Positions 19,622 through 30,100 of a stretch of 64,000 bases of DNA are shown here, in pieces. The stretch lies in contig OY820579.1 of the NCBI GenBank assembly GCA_963681965.1, positions 3,680,001-3,744,000 of the forward strand. The letters run 5' to 3'. Origin of the DNA: a bacterium (lineage in GTDB: Bacteria; Electryoneota; JAOADG01). Made by a program: the position numbers and the translations under genes. The notes beneath the pieces are model-generated. The model was not told the DNA's origin and ran no database searches. It was given only the letters and a program-made list of their open reading frames with translations. Numbering within the stretch: position 1 is the first letter of the stretch; every line of letters begins with the position of its first letter.

Positions 19622-19716
19622 CGGTTTTTCCTCCCTTGCGTTAAAAACCTTGAAGCTGTTTGCTTTTCATAGTATGTTATACGGTTTCCGATTTACCCGG
19701 TAGAGTGTGCAATTCC

Positions 19717-20886
19717 ATGGCAAGACGAATCCTGATTGTAAGTGAATATTGGGCACCCGATCCCGGGGGCATGGCGACCTATGCCAGTGAATTGGTGCCA
19801 CGACTCGGGAAATTGGGTTTCGAAATCCGAATCCTCGTCCCTTTTGTACCTAATGTTCAACGCTTACCGATGAATTCACCGAATGTGACCGGGATTCTCT
19901 TTCCATCACCACCGATCCATTTTTTCGGACGCTTTACGATCTTTCCAGCACTTTTACGCTATGGAAATTTGCGTCAGATCGATGCTATCGTCGATATCTC
20001 AGTCGCGCCGTATGGCGGGGTGAATGCGTTCGTCGCAAAAATGCTGGGTATCCCATATCTCATCGGTGCGCATGGTAACGAAGTCTCGCGCCTCTATCCT
20101 GAAATAGGATTACCCAAGACTTTTCGCGCATTTTGCAATTACGCCTATCGCAATGCGACCGCGATTCTACCGAATAGCCAATTCACCGCTTCGCTCTTCG
20201 CGCCGCTCGGGATTGATTCGAATAAATTGCATGTGGCGACCCTTGGCGCCGATACCAACTTTTATACACCGGGAACTCCGACATCCGACGAATTGACGCA
20301 AGTCGGTGGCGCACAACCATTTCCGCGGTTGCTTTGTGCCGGTCAGTTGAAGGAGATGAAGGGTCAGAAATTCCTGATTCAAGCACTCTCGTTGATCGCC
20401 CGGGACTTCCCGGAAGTATCGCTCGATCTTGCCGGCAGCGGCGTATTGGAACAGGATTACCGTAATCTGGCACGTGAGTTGGGATTAACAGATAAAGTCC
20501 GGTTTCATGGCAATGTCGATTATCACAAGTTGCGAACGCTTTACCGCAGTGCGGCGGCGTATGTGATGCCGACGCAGCGCGACACGGAGCATGTCGAAGG
20601 GTTTGGACTGGTGGCGGCGGAAGCGCTCGCGTGCGGCTGTCCGGTGGCTGCGACGAATTATGGCGGTCAAACCGAATTTGTGATTGATGGCAAGACAGGG
20701 ATTTTGTTCGATTCATCCAGTCCGCAGGATATTGCCGACAAGGTCTGCGCGCTCTTGCGGAATCAAACGCTCTGTGCCAAAATCGCTGTCGAAGCACCAC
20801 AATTCATTGCCGCGCATTACACGTGGGACAAAACCGCTGAACGCTGGGCGGAAATTATCGAGCAGTGTATTTCAAATAAACGGTAG
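19717..20886 (+). CDS. GT4 glycosyltransferase
   Basis: PGGMA, HGNE, EGFGLVAAEALACG. Confidence 0.92.
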   Translation: MARRILIVSEYWAPDPGGMATYASELVPRLGKLGFEIRILVPFVPNVQRLPMNSPNVTGILFPSPPIHFFGRFTIFPALLRYGNLRQIDAIVDISVAPYGGVNAFVAKMLGIPYLIGAHGNEVSRLYPEIGLPKTFRAFCNYAYRNATAILPNSQFTASLFAPLGIDSNKLHVATLGADTNFYTPGTPTSDELTQVGGAQPFPRLLCAGQLKEMKGQKFLIQALSLIARDFPEVSLDLAGSGVLEQDYRNLARELGLTDKVRFHGNVDYHKLRTLYRSAAAYVMPTQRDTEHVEGFGLVAAEALACGCPVAATNYGGQTEFVIDGKTGILFDSSSPQDIADKVCALLRNQTLCAKIAVEAPQFIAAHYTWDKTAERWAEIIEQCISNKR

Positions 20887-20969
20887 GAGTTTCATAGCGG
20901 TATCGTTTTCCGATTATGCGGTTTTACTTTTCCCACCACCTACCACCCAATACCCAATACCGATTTTGC

Positions 20970-21120
20970 TGGTGACGCGCGCCTCCGCGCCTGCGAGCAT
21001 CTTCTTTTCTGTAGGTCGGAATTTATTCCGACTCTTTCATTTTTTTAGTAGGGGCGGGTCTCTGCGCCCGCCCGTTCTGGTATCTTTTTTTCATTTGTAG
21101 CCGCAGGCTTTAGACTCCGT
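20970..21120. repeat. Cluster of REP-like palindromes between convergent genes
   Basis: gtaggtcggaatttattccgac, gtaggggcgggtctctgcgcccgccc, gtagccgcaggctttag, ggtgacgcgcgcctccgcgcctgcg. Confidence 0.75.
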
Positions 21121-21241
21121 TATTCTTTTGTCTTGATCTTTTCTAGATCGAACAATCTTCTCGTACCGATACCCGGCGTCTGGCGCAAGCCATTACCTTC
21201 GTCGAGTAATTCGTAGGTCACCACAACAATGAATAATGTCA

Positions 21242-23431
21242 CTACTTTAACAAGATGATCTTCTGTGTTTGAACGGACATACCTGCCTGCAACCGCACGA
21301 AATAGGTTCCCGATGCCAGACCCGAGCCATCGAAAGTCGTACGGTAACTCCCGGCACGCTGATGCCCACTGAACAACGATTGTACCAATCGACCTTGTAA
21401 ATCGAAGATCTTCAGATCGATCGTTTCCGCCTTCGGCAATTCATACGAAATTGTGGTGGTCGCGTTGAAGGGATTCGGATAACTCGAGTGCAACACAAAT
21501 TGAGTGGGCAGCGTCTGCGATGGTGTCTCTTCCACGTAGACTTCGCCACCATTGCTGGTATGGAGAATGGTACCGCTAGCTCCCACGATCCAACCGTTGT
21601 TCGCGTCGATGAAAGCGACATCGGATAGATCGTTGCTTGTTCCACTACTCTGTCGATTCCAGATATCACCTCCATTCGTGGTGTGAAAGATTGTACCTCT
21701 GGTTCCTATAACCCATCCATTATTGCAGTCGATAAATTTGATTTTTTTTAGATGATTTGTAGTTTCTGTGTTCTGAATTGCCCAATTTTCACCACCGTTA
21801 GTGGAATGGAGAACTCGATTATCCTCTGCTACCCAGACATTGCTAGAATCAATGCAAGTGATCGAACTGTAACTTAATTCTCCAGATCCACTATATTGCG
21901 TATACCAAATTGATCCTCCATTATTAGTGTGCCAAATTGAATGGTTTATCGGTGGGTTTCGAAAATCACCATCATTTGAGATAACCCAGCCATGATGTGA
22001 ATCTGAAAATGTTACATGGACTATGCCGCCAGAACCGGAACTCCATTGCACTGTCCAAGAGATTCCACCATTTGAAGTCATGTATATTTTTCTTATTGAC
22101 CCCAGATAACTTCCGTGAGGACCCATTATCGGTTCAGAACCAACAGCCCAACCACAAAGGACGTTCACAAAATAAATTTCGTTTACGTATCCGAATAAAT
22201 TTGGTATGTTCCAAGTTATTCCACCGTCGGTGGTATTCGTAAGTGCCGCTGATTGTAGTGCTACTCCATGGATCGAATCGATGAATTGCATATTGTACAA
22301 TCCATTTACACCAGGTTGGAGTACCCAGTTCATTCCGGCGTTGGAGGTGCGAACTAATCCACTATCGGAACAGATCAGTAAGTTATTACGATTGAATGCT
22401 ACAATATTCCTAAGAGTTAGATTGATACCTCGGTTACCGTGAATAATATTCCAATCTATACCACCATTGATTGTACGCAAGATTGTTCCTGCATTCCCGA
22501 CAATCCACCCTTGATTGGCATTGATAAATGACATACTGTAAAATGAGCTATTGCTTGATTGGGTCTGAATGTTCCAAATCGATCCGCCATCGGTAGTATG
22601 GTAAATAGTACTACCCGAATACAATGCCCAGCCATTGTTGAGATCGGTAAATATTATTTTTTTGGGAATAAGTGACAGACCGCAAGTTTGTTCTTGCCAT
22701 GTAACGCCACGATCCGTTGTGTGTCGAATACTCATCGGTTGAGAAGAAAAAGTCCAAGCACTTGATGAATCACAAATTCCGATTTCTAGAATAAATTGTG
22801 TGGTATCAATAGAAGTCCAATTAACACCACCGTCAGTTGAACGAATAAGGATGTTGCAACGATTATTCGTACCAATAGCCAAACCAATATCTGTATTGAA
22901 AAAAATCAAACCTCTTGTTGCATGCATCGAAAATGTTGAATTTGTCCAATTAATTCCCCCGTTCGTTGTTCTTAAAATCGAATTGTCTTCAAAATTTGAG
23001 TAGAAGTACGCCCATCCATGAAGCGAATCGGAAAATGTTATACCTGTGAAATCGTGTATCGTATTGCAGGATTGCCGTACCCATGATACACCACCATTGG
23101 AAGTATGCAGGATTGTCCCGGAATTACCTACTATCCAGCAATTATTTGTGTCGGTACAATAGATTTGTTCACCGTGAGAGTACATATTCATTAAATCAAA
23201 TAGATTTTCAGAATTTTGTTGAATCCAGTTCATTCCACGATCAGAAGTATGATAGATCATCGAACCACTGATTGCCCACCCTACCGAATCATTCACGAAT
23301 TTTACATCGGTGAATGAGTTCCCATTAGGGTACGGATTCTGCCATTCCCACCCCTGCGCATTGACACAGTGTGGTAGGAACGTAACCAACAGAATAGATA
23401 GTATGAGGTAAAACGATTTGCTGGACTTCAT
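21242..23431 (-). CDS. Secreted YCF48/BNR-repeat beta-propeller protein with T9SS-type CTD
   Basis: GAAGGAG RBS, signal peptide, repeated GW.VG..GTILHT.NGG..W, YPNPFNATTTISY...KIILLK. Confidence 0.9.
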   Translation of the reverse strand: MKSSKSFYLILSILLVTFLPHCVNAQGWEWQNPYPNGNSFTDVKFVNDSVGWAISGSMIYHTSDRGMNWIQQNSENLFDLMNMYSHGEQIYCTDTNNCWIVGNSGTILHTSNGGVSWVRQSCNTIHDFTGITFSDSLHGWAYFYSNFEDNSILRTTNGGINWTNSTFSMHATRGLIFFNTDIGLAIGTNNRCNILIRSTDGGVNWTSIDTTQFILEIGICDSSSAWTFSSQPMSIRHTTDRGVTWQEQTCGLSLIPKKIIFTDLNNGWALYSGSTIYHTTDGGSIWNIQTQSSNSSFYSMSFINANQGWIVGNAGTILRTINGGIDWNIIHGNRGINLTLRNIVAFNRNNLLICSDSGLVRTSNAGMNWVLQPGVNGLYNMQFIDSIHGVALQSAALTNTTDGGITWNIPNLFGYVNEIYFVNVLCGWAVGSEPIMGPHGSYLGSIRKIYMTSNGGISWTVQWSSGSGGIVHVTFSDSHHGWVISNDGDFRNPPINHSIWHTNNGGSIWYTQYSGSGELSYSSITCIDSSNVWVAEDNRVLHSTNGGENWAIQNTETTNHLKKIKFIDCNNGWVIGTRGTIFHTTNGGDIWNRQSSGTSNDLSDVAFIDANNGWIVGASGTILHTSNGGEVYVEETPSQTLPTQFVLHSSYPNPFNATTTISYELPKAETIDLKIFDLQGRLVQSLFSGHQRAGSYRTTFDGSGLASGTYFVRLQAGMSVQTQKIILLK

Positions 23432-23697
23432 GACGATCTCCTTCACAGTAGGTTGATCCAACAGATCTTAGGAAAACAGCAGAAGATTTGGGAAGCTGAT
23501 CAGTGGTAAAATACTCAGGATAATTGATATTCTCAACCACTTTTCGAAAAAATCGAAAATATTTGCAATTGAAGATGAGTAATACTGCCGATATCCGAAT
23601 CAGCGATTTTTCTTAATCCATCCTCTACCTCGCAACACCCATTTAGTAAGTGGCGCATGCCTCCGAGCCTGCGCCACAAGAGATCAATTCGCGACGA

Positions 23698-24087
23698 TTA
23701 ATGCCATTCCTGTTCTTTAAGCCACGCTTTTACGGTACTGTGAATTTCACGATGCACCTTGCGAGCTAGCTCGTTGCCGCCATCTTCCACCATCGGATCG
23801 ATGCCGTCGCGCATCCGGTACAATTCGGCAATCGCTTTCTCGATCCCGCGCGAAAACCCGCCATTCAACACATACTTCTCATGAAAGAGGAAGAGTGCTT
23901 GATCGCGATTCGGCGGCAGCAGCTTGTTACAAAGAAAAACCGCCTCGATCGCTTTCTCGATCGCTGCCGCAGCAAGTAAACACCGTGCCTCGGCGGGCAA
24001 ATCGGCGAGAGAAGCAGCTTCCAGATAAATCCTACTCAATTTATCGCTATTTTGGGCAGTTAGTCCGATACTCATTACTCGCTCCAT
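23698..24087 (-). CDS. HEPN-like domain protein (degenerate)
   Basis: 129 aa, helical; AAIEKAIEAV...FHEKYV..G.F...LYRMRDGID pattern resembles HEPN. Confidence 0.55.
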   Translation of the reverse strand: MERVMSIGLTAQNSDKLSRIYLEAASLADLPAEARCLLAAAAIEKAIEAVFLCNKLLPPNRDQALFLFHEKYVLNGGFSRGIEKAIAELYRMRDGIDPMVEDGGNELARKVHREIHSTVKAWLKEQEWH

Positions 24088-24335
24088 TTATAACCAATTA
24101 TAAAACCTAATATAAAGTACGTAACAAATCGGTTTTTGTAAGCCGAAACGCGAAAAAAACGACAGATTTTTGTACAATAGTGCTGAATTTCTCTATATTG
24201 AACCGCTAATTATCACAAATACTCGCGCAACCGATTTCGATCCCAATCCGAATTTCAATGCGCAATATCGCAGTTACGCGAGCACCAATCGATTACTTTC
24301 CGGTTCCGATCGAAGAACCACATCAAAGAGGCTGT

Positions 24336-25802
24336 ATGGCTACCTACGTACTTTCACCCGAACAAACCCGGGCATTAGCGAAGCATCCCGATCGCTTCAA
24401 GAAGCTTCTGAAAGCGGCGGAGAACAATCAAATCCGGCTCTGGACCAGTGCTGCCGCAATTTTGGAAGCCGCACGCCGCGGTGTCGACGTTGCGAATCTA
24501 CCGTCGATCGTCGGCATCGATCCGATTACCAAACCGGAATGGACCGGCGACGATGTCATCTGGAGTGCCGTACTGGTTGCGGCAAAACGCGTTAAAGCCG
24601 AAGCGATTATCGTCAAAGATATCGTCAAGGATCCCGTACCCGGCAATGTCTTTCCGGCAATCACGCTGAAAGAGGCACTCGAAATCAAACCGGTCGATGC
24701 TGTCCCGATGCTGGATTTCAAAGCGCCGTTACCGGAAGTGTATGCTCCAATCATGCATTCGCTCAATGAAACGTTTGCCAACACTGCGTATGTCTGCGGT
24801 GCTAAAGTCAAATTGTTCGAACAAGCATTCGCAAAAGCGTGTGGCGCGAAATACTGTTTCGGTGTATCGTCCGGAACCGATTCGCTGCATCTGGCACTGA
24901 TGGTGTTGGGCATCCAACCCGGTGACGAAGTGATCACTACGCCATTCACATTTTTCGCCACCGTCGAAGCGATCGAGATGTGCAATGCGAAAACCGTCTT
25001 CGTCGATATCGATCCCAAGACCTTCACCCTTGACCCGAAGAAATTGCGCAAAGCAATCACTCCGAAGACCAAAGCGATCATCCCGATTCACCTCTACGGT
25101 CAATCCTGCGATATGGCTGCGATCATGAAAATCGCCGATGAATTCAAAATTCCGGTGATTGAAGATTGCGCTCAGGCGCATCTAGCCGCCGAAGGCGAAC
25201 GCGTCGTCGGTAGCATCGGTACACTCGGTTGTTTCTCGTTCTATCCGACCAAGAATCTGGGTGCATGGGGCGAAGGTGGCGCCGTTACGACGAACGATCC
25301 GGATATCGCCAATCGGATCGAATGGATTCGCAATCACGGTCAACGCGAAAAATATAAACATGACATCGTGGGTCATAATTACCGGATGGAAGAGATACAA
25401 GGTGCGGTTTTGGGCGAGAAAGTCAAGCATCTGGAGCACTGGACACAGCTCCGCGAAACCGCAGCGAAGCGCTATACCAAGGGCTTGAAGGGAATCGGCG
25501 ATATCAAAACCCCGTTCATCAAACCCGGCAACCGGCATGTCTGGCACCTCTACACGATCCGTACTTCGCGCCGCGACGAATTGGATAAATACTTGACCGA
25601 CAATAAGATTGGTCATGCAATTCATTACCCGATTCCACTCCATCTGCAACCAGCATGGCGCGATAAAGGGTATGCCGATGGCGATTTCCCCGAGAGTGAA
25701 AAAGCCGGCAAGGAAGTGATCTCGCTCCCGATGTTTGCCGAGATCTCCCCGGAGCAGCAGGCTCGGACGATCGAAGTGATTCGTCAGTTCTACGAAAAAT
25801 AA
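24336..25802 (+). CDS. DegT/DnrJ/EryC1/StrS aminotransferase with ~120-aa N-terminal extension
   Basis: SSGTDSL, IHLYGQ, IEDCAQAH, FSFYPTKNLGAWGEGG; start MATY follows GAGG. Confidence 0.93.
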   Translation: MATYVLSPEQTRALAKHPDRFKKLLKAAENNQIRLWTSAAAILEAARRGVDVANLPSIVGIDPITKPEWTGDDVIWSAVLVAAKRVKAEAIIVKDIVKDPVPGNVFPAITLKEALEIKPVDAVPMLDFKAPLPEVYAPIMHSLNETFANTAYVCGAKVKLFEQAFAKACGAKYCFGVSSGTDSLHLALMVLGIQPGDEVITTPFTFFATVEAIEMCNAKTVFVDIDPKTFTLDPKKLRKAITPKTKAIIPIHLYGQSCDMAAIMKIADEFKIPVIEDCAQAHLAAEGERVVGSIGTLGCFSFYPTKNLGAWGEGGAVTTNDPDIANRIEWIRNHGQREKYKHDIVGHNYRMEEIQGAVLGEKVKHLEHWTQLRETAAKRYTKGLKGIGDIKTPFIKPGNRHVWHLYTIRTSRRDELDKYLTDNKIGHAIHYPIPLHLQPAWRDKGYADGDFPESEKAGKEVISLPMFAEISPEQQARTIEVIRQFYEK

Positions 25803-25856
25803 TCGTCTCAATCTATTGCGATTCTTGAGATTGTATTGTTCGCTATTTTTTTCATC

Positions 25857-25887
25857 AACCCCTCCGTATCATTACGGAGGGGTTTTT
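25857..25887 (+). terminator. Intrinsic terminator
   Basis: aacccctccgta-tcat-tacggaggggtt-ttt. Confidence 0.85.
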
Positions 25888-25996
25888 GAATCTATTATTC
25901 ACAGTATGAAGTATAAATTCGAGTTTTGACTAGATTTTACCTACAGTCGATATTATATTCCGCTACCAACTTAGTCCATTGATCGAGGAGTGGAGA

Positions 25997-26521
25997 ATGA
26001 AAAAACAAGTCGAGCTGAAACCGGCACCCGCTGCCTCCGTTTCGCTTCAACAATTAATTCGCGGTTTATCGAGCTGCTGTATCGATCAGGATACCCAGCT
26101 AGCGGAAATGACATCGCTGTCGCGGATGGAAGCCAGATTACTGAATATGATCGGAACCAACAACGGAATGTTACCGAGCAACGCCGCCAGTGAATTGGAT
26201 CTGGTTCGTTCCCGGATCACCCGGCTGGTGGATGGATTGGTCGCAAAAGGATTGGTCAGTTGCAATGCGACCCAGACCGATGGACGGTGCCGCTTTCTGC
26301 AATTAACTGCCCGCGGTAAACGTACGTTGGAAAAAGTTCAACGCAACGAATCCGAATTTCATCACGCATTGATGAAAGCGATTCCGACCGATCTCCGCGG
26401 TAAAATCGTAACAGATTTATCGTTACTACTGAATGCTCTTCACACCGTGAAAGCACAAAAGAGTGGCAAATCGCTAGAGAAGAAGAAAATCAAACGAAGA
26501 GTAACTAATGCCGATGTATGA
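25997..26521 (+). CDS. MarR family transcriptional regulator
   Basis: wHTH: ASELDLVRSRITRLVDGLVAKGLV...DGR..LQLTARG. Confidence 0.88.
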   Translation: MKKQVELKPAPAASVSLQQLIRGLSSCCIDQDTQLAEMTSLSRMEARLLNMIGTNNGMLPSNAASELDLVRSRITRLVDGLVAKGLVSCNATQTDGRCRFLQLTARGKRTLEKVQRNESEFHHALMKAIPTDLRGKIVTDLSLLLNALHTVKAQKSGKSLEKKKIKRRVTNADV

Positions 26522-26720
26522 TTATTTTTGCCGGGATTGTCAAACCGAATTCATCGCAATCGTTCCATTGTCTCGGAGAGACGAACCCCAGGTTTGTCCT
26601 CAGTGTCAAAGCAATGATTCGGAACGAATCGTAAGTTTACCGGCTTCAGCCCAATCAGGTGTCTCCGGATACTCCAGCAATTCCGGATGTGGCGGCGGCG
26701 GTCGCTTCACTTGAGGCTAA
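26508..26720 (+). CDS. FmdB-family zinc-ribbon protein, probable C-terminal selenocysteine (TGA 26712-26714)
   Basis: MPMYDYFCRDC...CPQC; ends GGC GGT CGC TTC ACT TGA GGC TAA; the ORF ends at 26714 if TGA is a plain stop. Confidence 0.8.
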
Positions 26721-26724
26721 CAAA

Positions 26725-26741
26725 ACGGTAAGGATTACCGT
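26725..26741 (+). promoter_or_regulatory. Candidate bacterial SECIS element
   Basis: acggtaa-gga-ttaccgt hairpin starting 10 nt after the TGA; G-initiated loop. Confidence 0.55.
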
Positions 26742-26760
26742 ATTACTATAAAATCTGAAA

Positions 26761-26829
26761 GACCGACCGGGGGGATCGGTTGGTCGTAACGCGAAACGGA
26801 CAGCTCAAACTGTCCGTTTCGTGCGTTTT
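26761..26829 (+). terminator. Two hairpins after FmdB, probable terminator
   Basis: gaccgaccg..cggttggtc and gcgaaacggacag-ctcaaa-ctgtccgtttcgt; weak U-tract. Confidence 0.5.
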
Positions 26830-27176
26830 GCCGATCATATACAGACATGCGCGATTGCTACTACTAAAGACACCTCTGGACTACCGATAACCTGCGAACT
26901 TACTCTACCGACGATAAAACGGCTTTACTCGGTGTTTTATTTCGTCGATATAACAATAGTACATAAAATTAACGCGGAATTTAGGATTTCGATTTCGAAA
27001 GATATTGTCGAAATCCAATTGCTCTTGTTCGAATCGCGACCGATTCTTCTATCTTTCACCTGATCGTTTCGACTTATTGTAGGAAAGCTGCTCATCAGGA
27101 ATCGCGCAGCATACTCCCTGAAGCTGTTTGCGATCAATGCGAATTCTTGAACTACCAAGAAGGGTTCGGATTACCG

Positions 27177-30100
27177 ATGTACGATCTTTCGCTCATCCAC
27201 AATCAAGTAGACTATTTTGGTTTTTTAGTCGGAGTGTCGTTTTTTCTCTCCGCTTCGATCGCTTACGGCTTAATGCGCATCAAGTATTCGGTGATGGATT
27301 GTCGCTTCCTCCCGTTCTATTTTTTGGGAAGCGCGTTCTATTTCTGGATCGACATCGGGAATAAATTCATCTCGTCCGAAACTGTTCAGACGCTTTAGTT
27401 ATATCTTCTTGTCATCAATACGATCTCAATTCTGGAATTCATATTCGCCAATAGCTGGCAACTCTTCCGCAAGCGATTTCGATTCCGCACTTACTTAGTG
27501 ATTCTGCTTTCTGCCCTTACCGTCGGTATCGGCATCCAGTTCAAACTAGCGACCGAATTACTGAAATTCGTGCTAATGATCATCGGTATCTGCTGGATTG
27601 GATATTTCCGATTTCGATTGGCAAAATTAGAACAGAAGCAAGTAAATCCGATTGTTACGATTCTCACCCTGATCTTCACAATCAACATCCTCATGTTGCT
27701 TGATCCAATGTTGCACGATAAGGCAATCGTCAATTTATTGGGTACTTATTATCTCTCGATCCACAATGTTATTTACTATCTGGCGGTATTGGCGATCAGT
27801 ACGACATTAATGTACCGGATCATCCGCTATCGTGTCATTTTGCAAATACAGACCTTCGTCAAGAGTACCTATCGCGATCAATTGAAGTCGGAATATTTGT
27901 TAATTCTGTCGATTGCGGCGATCGTGCTGATCGGTTGGGTCATTCTGTCGAATATCTCGGAATCTGCAGATTCCGAAAATAAAGCAGTCATGCTGGCGCG
28001 CACGAATGCGATCGCAACCAGTATCGATCCTGACCGACTAGCGACCCTGCAAGGCTCCGAAGCCGACACAACCAACGAATTCCGAAAACAATTGTCAATC
28101 ATTCTGACGTCGTTGTGCAATTCGCAAAAAAATACCCGCTATTTCTATATCCTGGGATGTCGCGATACTTCCGTATTCTTCTACGTCGATGCCGAACCAG
28201 TTGCCGTGAAAGGGGTACTTGGCGAACTTGCTCGACCGGGTGAATATTATCCCGAAGCAACACCGGAACTGAAATCGGCATTCAAAACCGGGAAATCGTT
28301 TGTCGAAGGTCCCGTCCGTGATCATTGGGGTATCTGGATCAGTGCGCTTTCGCCGATCCTCGATCAAAAATCAAACCGGGTCATTGCCATTCTCGGTCAA
28401 GATGTCGATGCCAAAGAGTGGCAATCCTACTTGCAGCACCTTCGGTTTACAATTATCGTCGTCATCCTCCTAATTGTGATTCTAATTATCGTATTTTTCG
28501 AAGTACTACATTATAATCGCAACTTGACTCGAATGATTGCTTCGTCGGAACGACGGTATCGCACACTGGTCGAGGGATCGAACCATTGCATTGCCCTACT
28601 GAACACCGACGCCATTATTCTCTCGATCAATCAAACCGGCTTGAAAGTCTTCGGTACTAATCACGACGATGCGATTGGAACCGCGTTTCCGAATTTGTGG
28701 AAGGATCCCGATCGAAGAAATATCGAGGACGCAATCGTCGATGTTTGCAAAGGATCCAGCGTCTCCTGTCAAGCGGAATTCGTCGGAGAAAACATACCTT
28801 CAACGATTTGGGATATCCAGTTCAATCCAGTCATCGAAGAATCGGGATCGATCGAATTAATTGTGGTGATGGCTACTGAAATTACCCAGCAGAAACAAGC
28901 CGAAAATGCGTTAAGAATCGCCGAGAAAAAATACCGGAACATCTTCGAATTTTCCAATGAAGGCATTTTTCAATCGACACTGGAAGGGAAAATAATCACC
29001 GTAAATCCGGCTTTCGCACGGATCTTCGGATTTGAATCTCCGGAACAATTGATTGCTAATATCGAGTCGATGGCTGAATTGTATGTCAATCCGGAACAAC
29101 GCACCGAAATCGTTCGCGAAATCTTCACTTCACGTCACCTCGACAATTTACCGATCGAGATCGTTCGCACGTCCGGTGAACACCGCTGGGTTTCGTTGAA
29201 TGCGCATGGTGTCTTCAATTCATCGACCGAAGTAGAGTATATCGAGGGTTCGATCAGCGATATCACCGAGCGAGTGAATATCGAACAAATCTTGATCGAT
29301 AGCGAGAAAAAGTATCGCAGCATCCTTGAGAATATCCGCGATGTCTACTTCCGTACCGACATGAATAAGATTTTGGTGATGGTAAGCAAATCGGCGGGAT
29401 TGCTGTTTGGTGTCGACTGCATCGATCCCGACAAGCAGGTCAGCATCAGTCAATTCATTGCCAATCCCGAATATCTCGATCAAGCATTGGAAATTCTTCA
29501 TCAAGTCGGCGTACTCGACGATTACCAAATCGATGTCGTCACCAAAGACGGTAAAGTCGTTCCCAGTTCCGTCAGTTGCCATTATGTATTGGATGAGAAG
29601 GGCGAACGCATCGGCGTCGAAGGAATCATGCGCGATATCTCGGAACGAATTCGCTCCGAAGAGCAACTCCGACTCAGTGAAAAACGCTTCCGCGATATGG
29701 CGGAATTATTGCCGCAAATCATCTTCGAATTCAATCGCGACGGGTATATAACTTACACCAATCGTGCCGGTCACAAAGTGCTCGGTTATTCCGACGAAGA
29801 GATCGGCACCGGCATCCAGATCGGTGCCGTCATCGCTCCGGACTCGCGCGAGCGGGCGACTGCCAATATTCGTAAGATGGCAGGCAATCCCGGTTTCATC
29901 CCCGAAGGCAACGAGTACAATATTCTTCATCGCGACGGTACACTGGTCCCGATGATTTCTTATTCCGTTCCAATTATGGAGAACGGCGTCTTCAGCGGTG
30001 TTCGCGGAATTCTGGTCGACATTACCGAATTGAAGGAAGCCGAGCAGGCATTGCGAAAGAGTGAGGAACTGTACCGGGCGCTGATCGAAACATCGCCCGA

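Noticed and set aside
27396-27398. Pyrrolysine or genome-wide TAG recoding
   Set aside because: The same gene also has an in-frame TAA, several intact genes end in TAG, and no pyl genes are present
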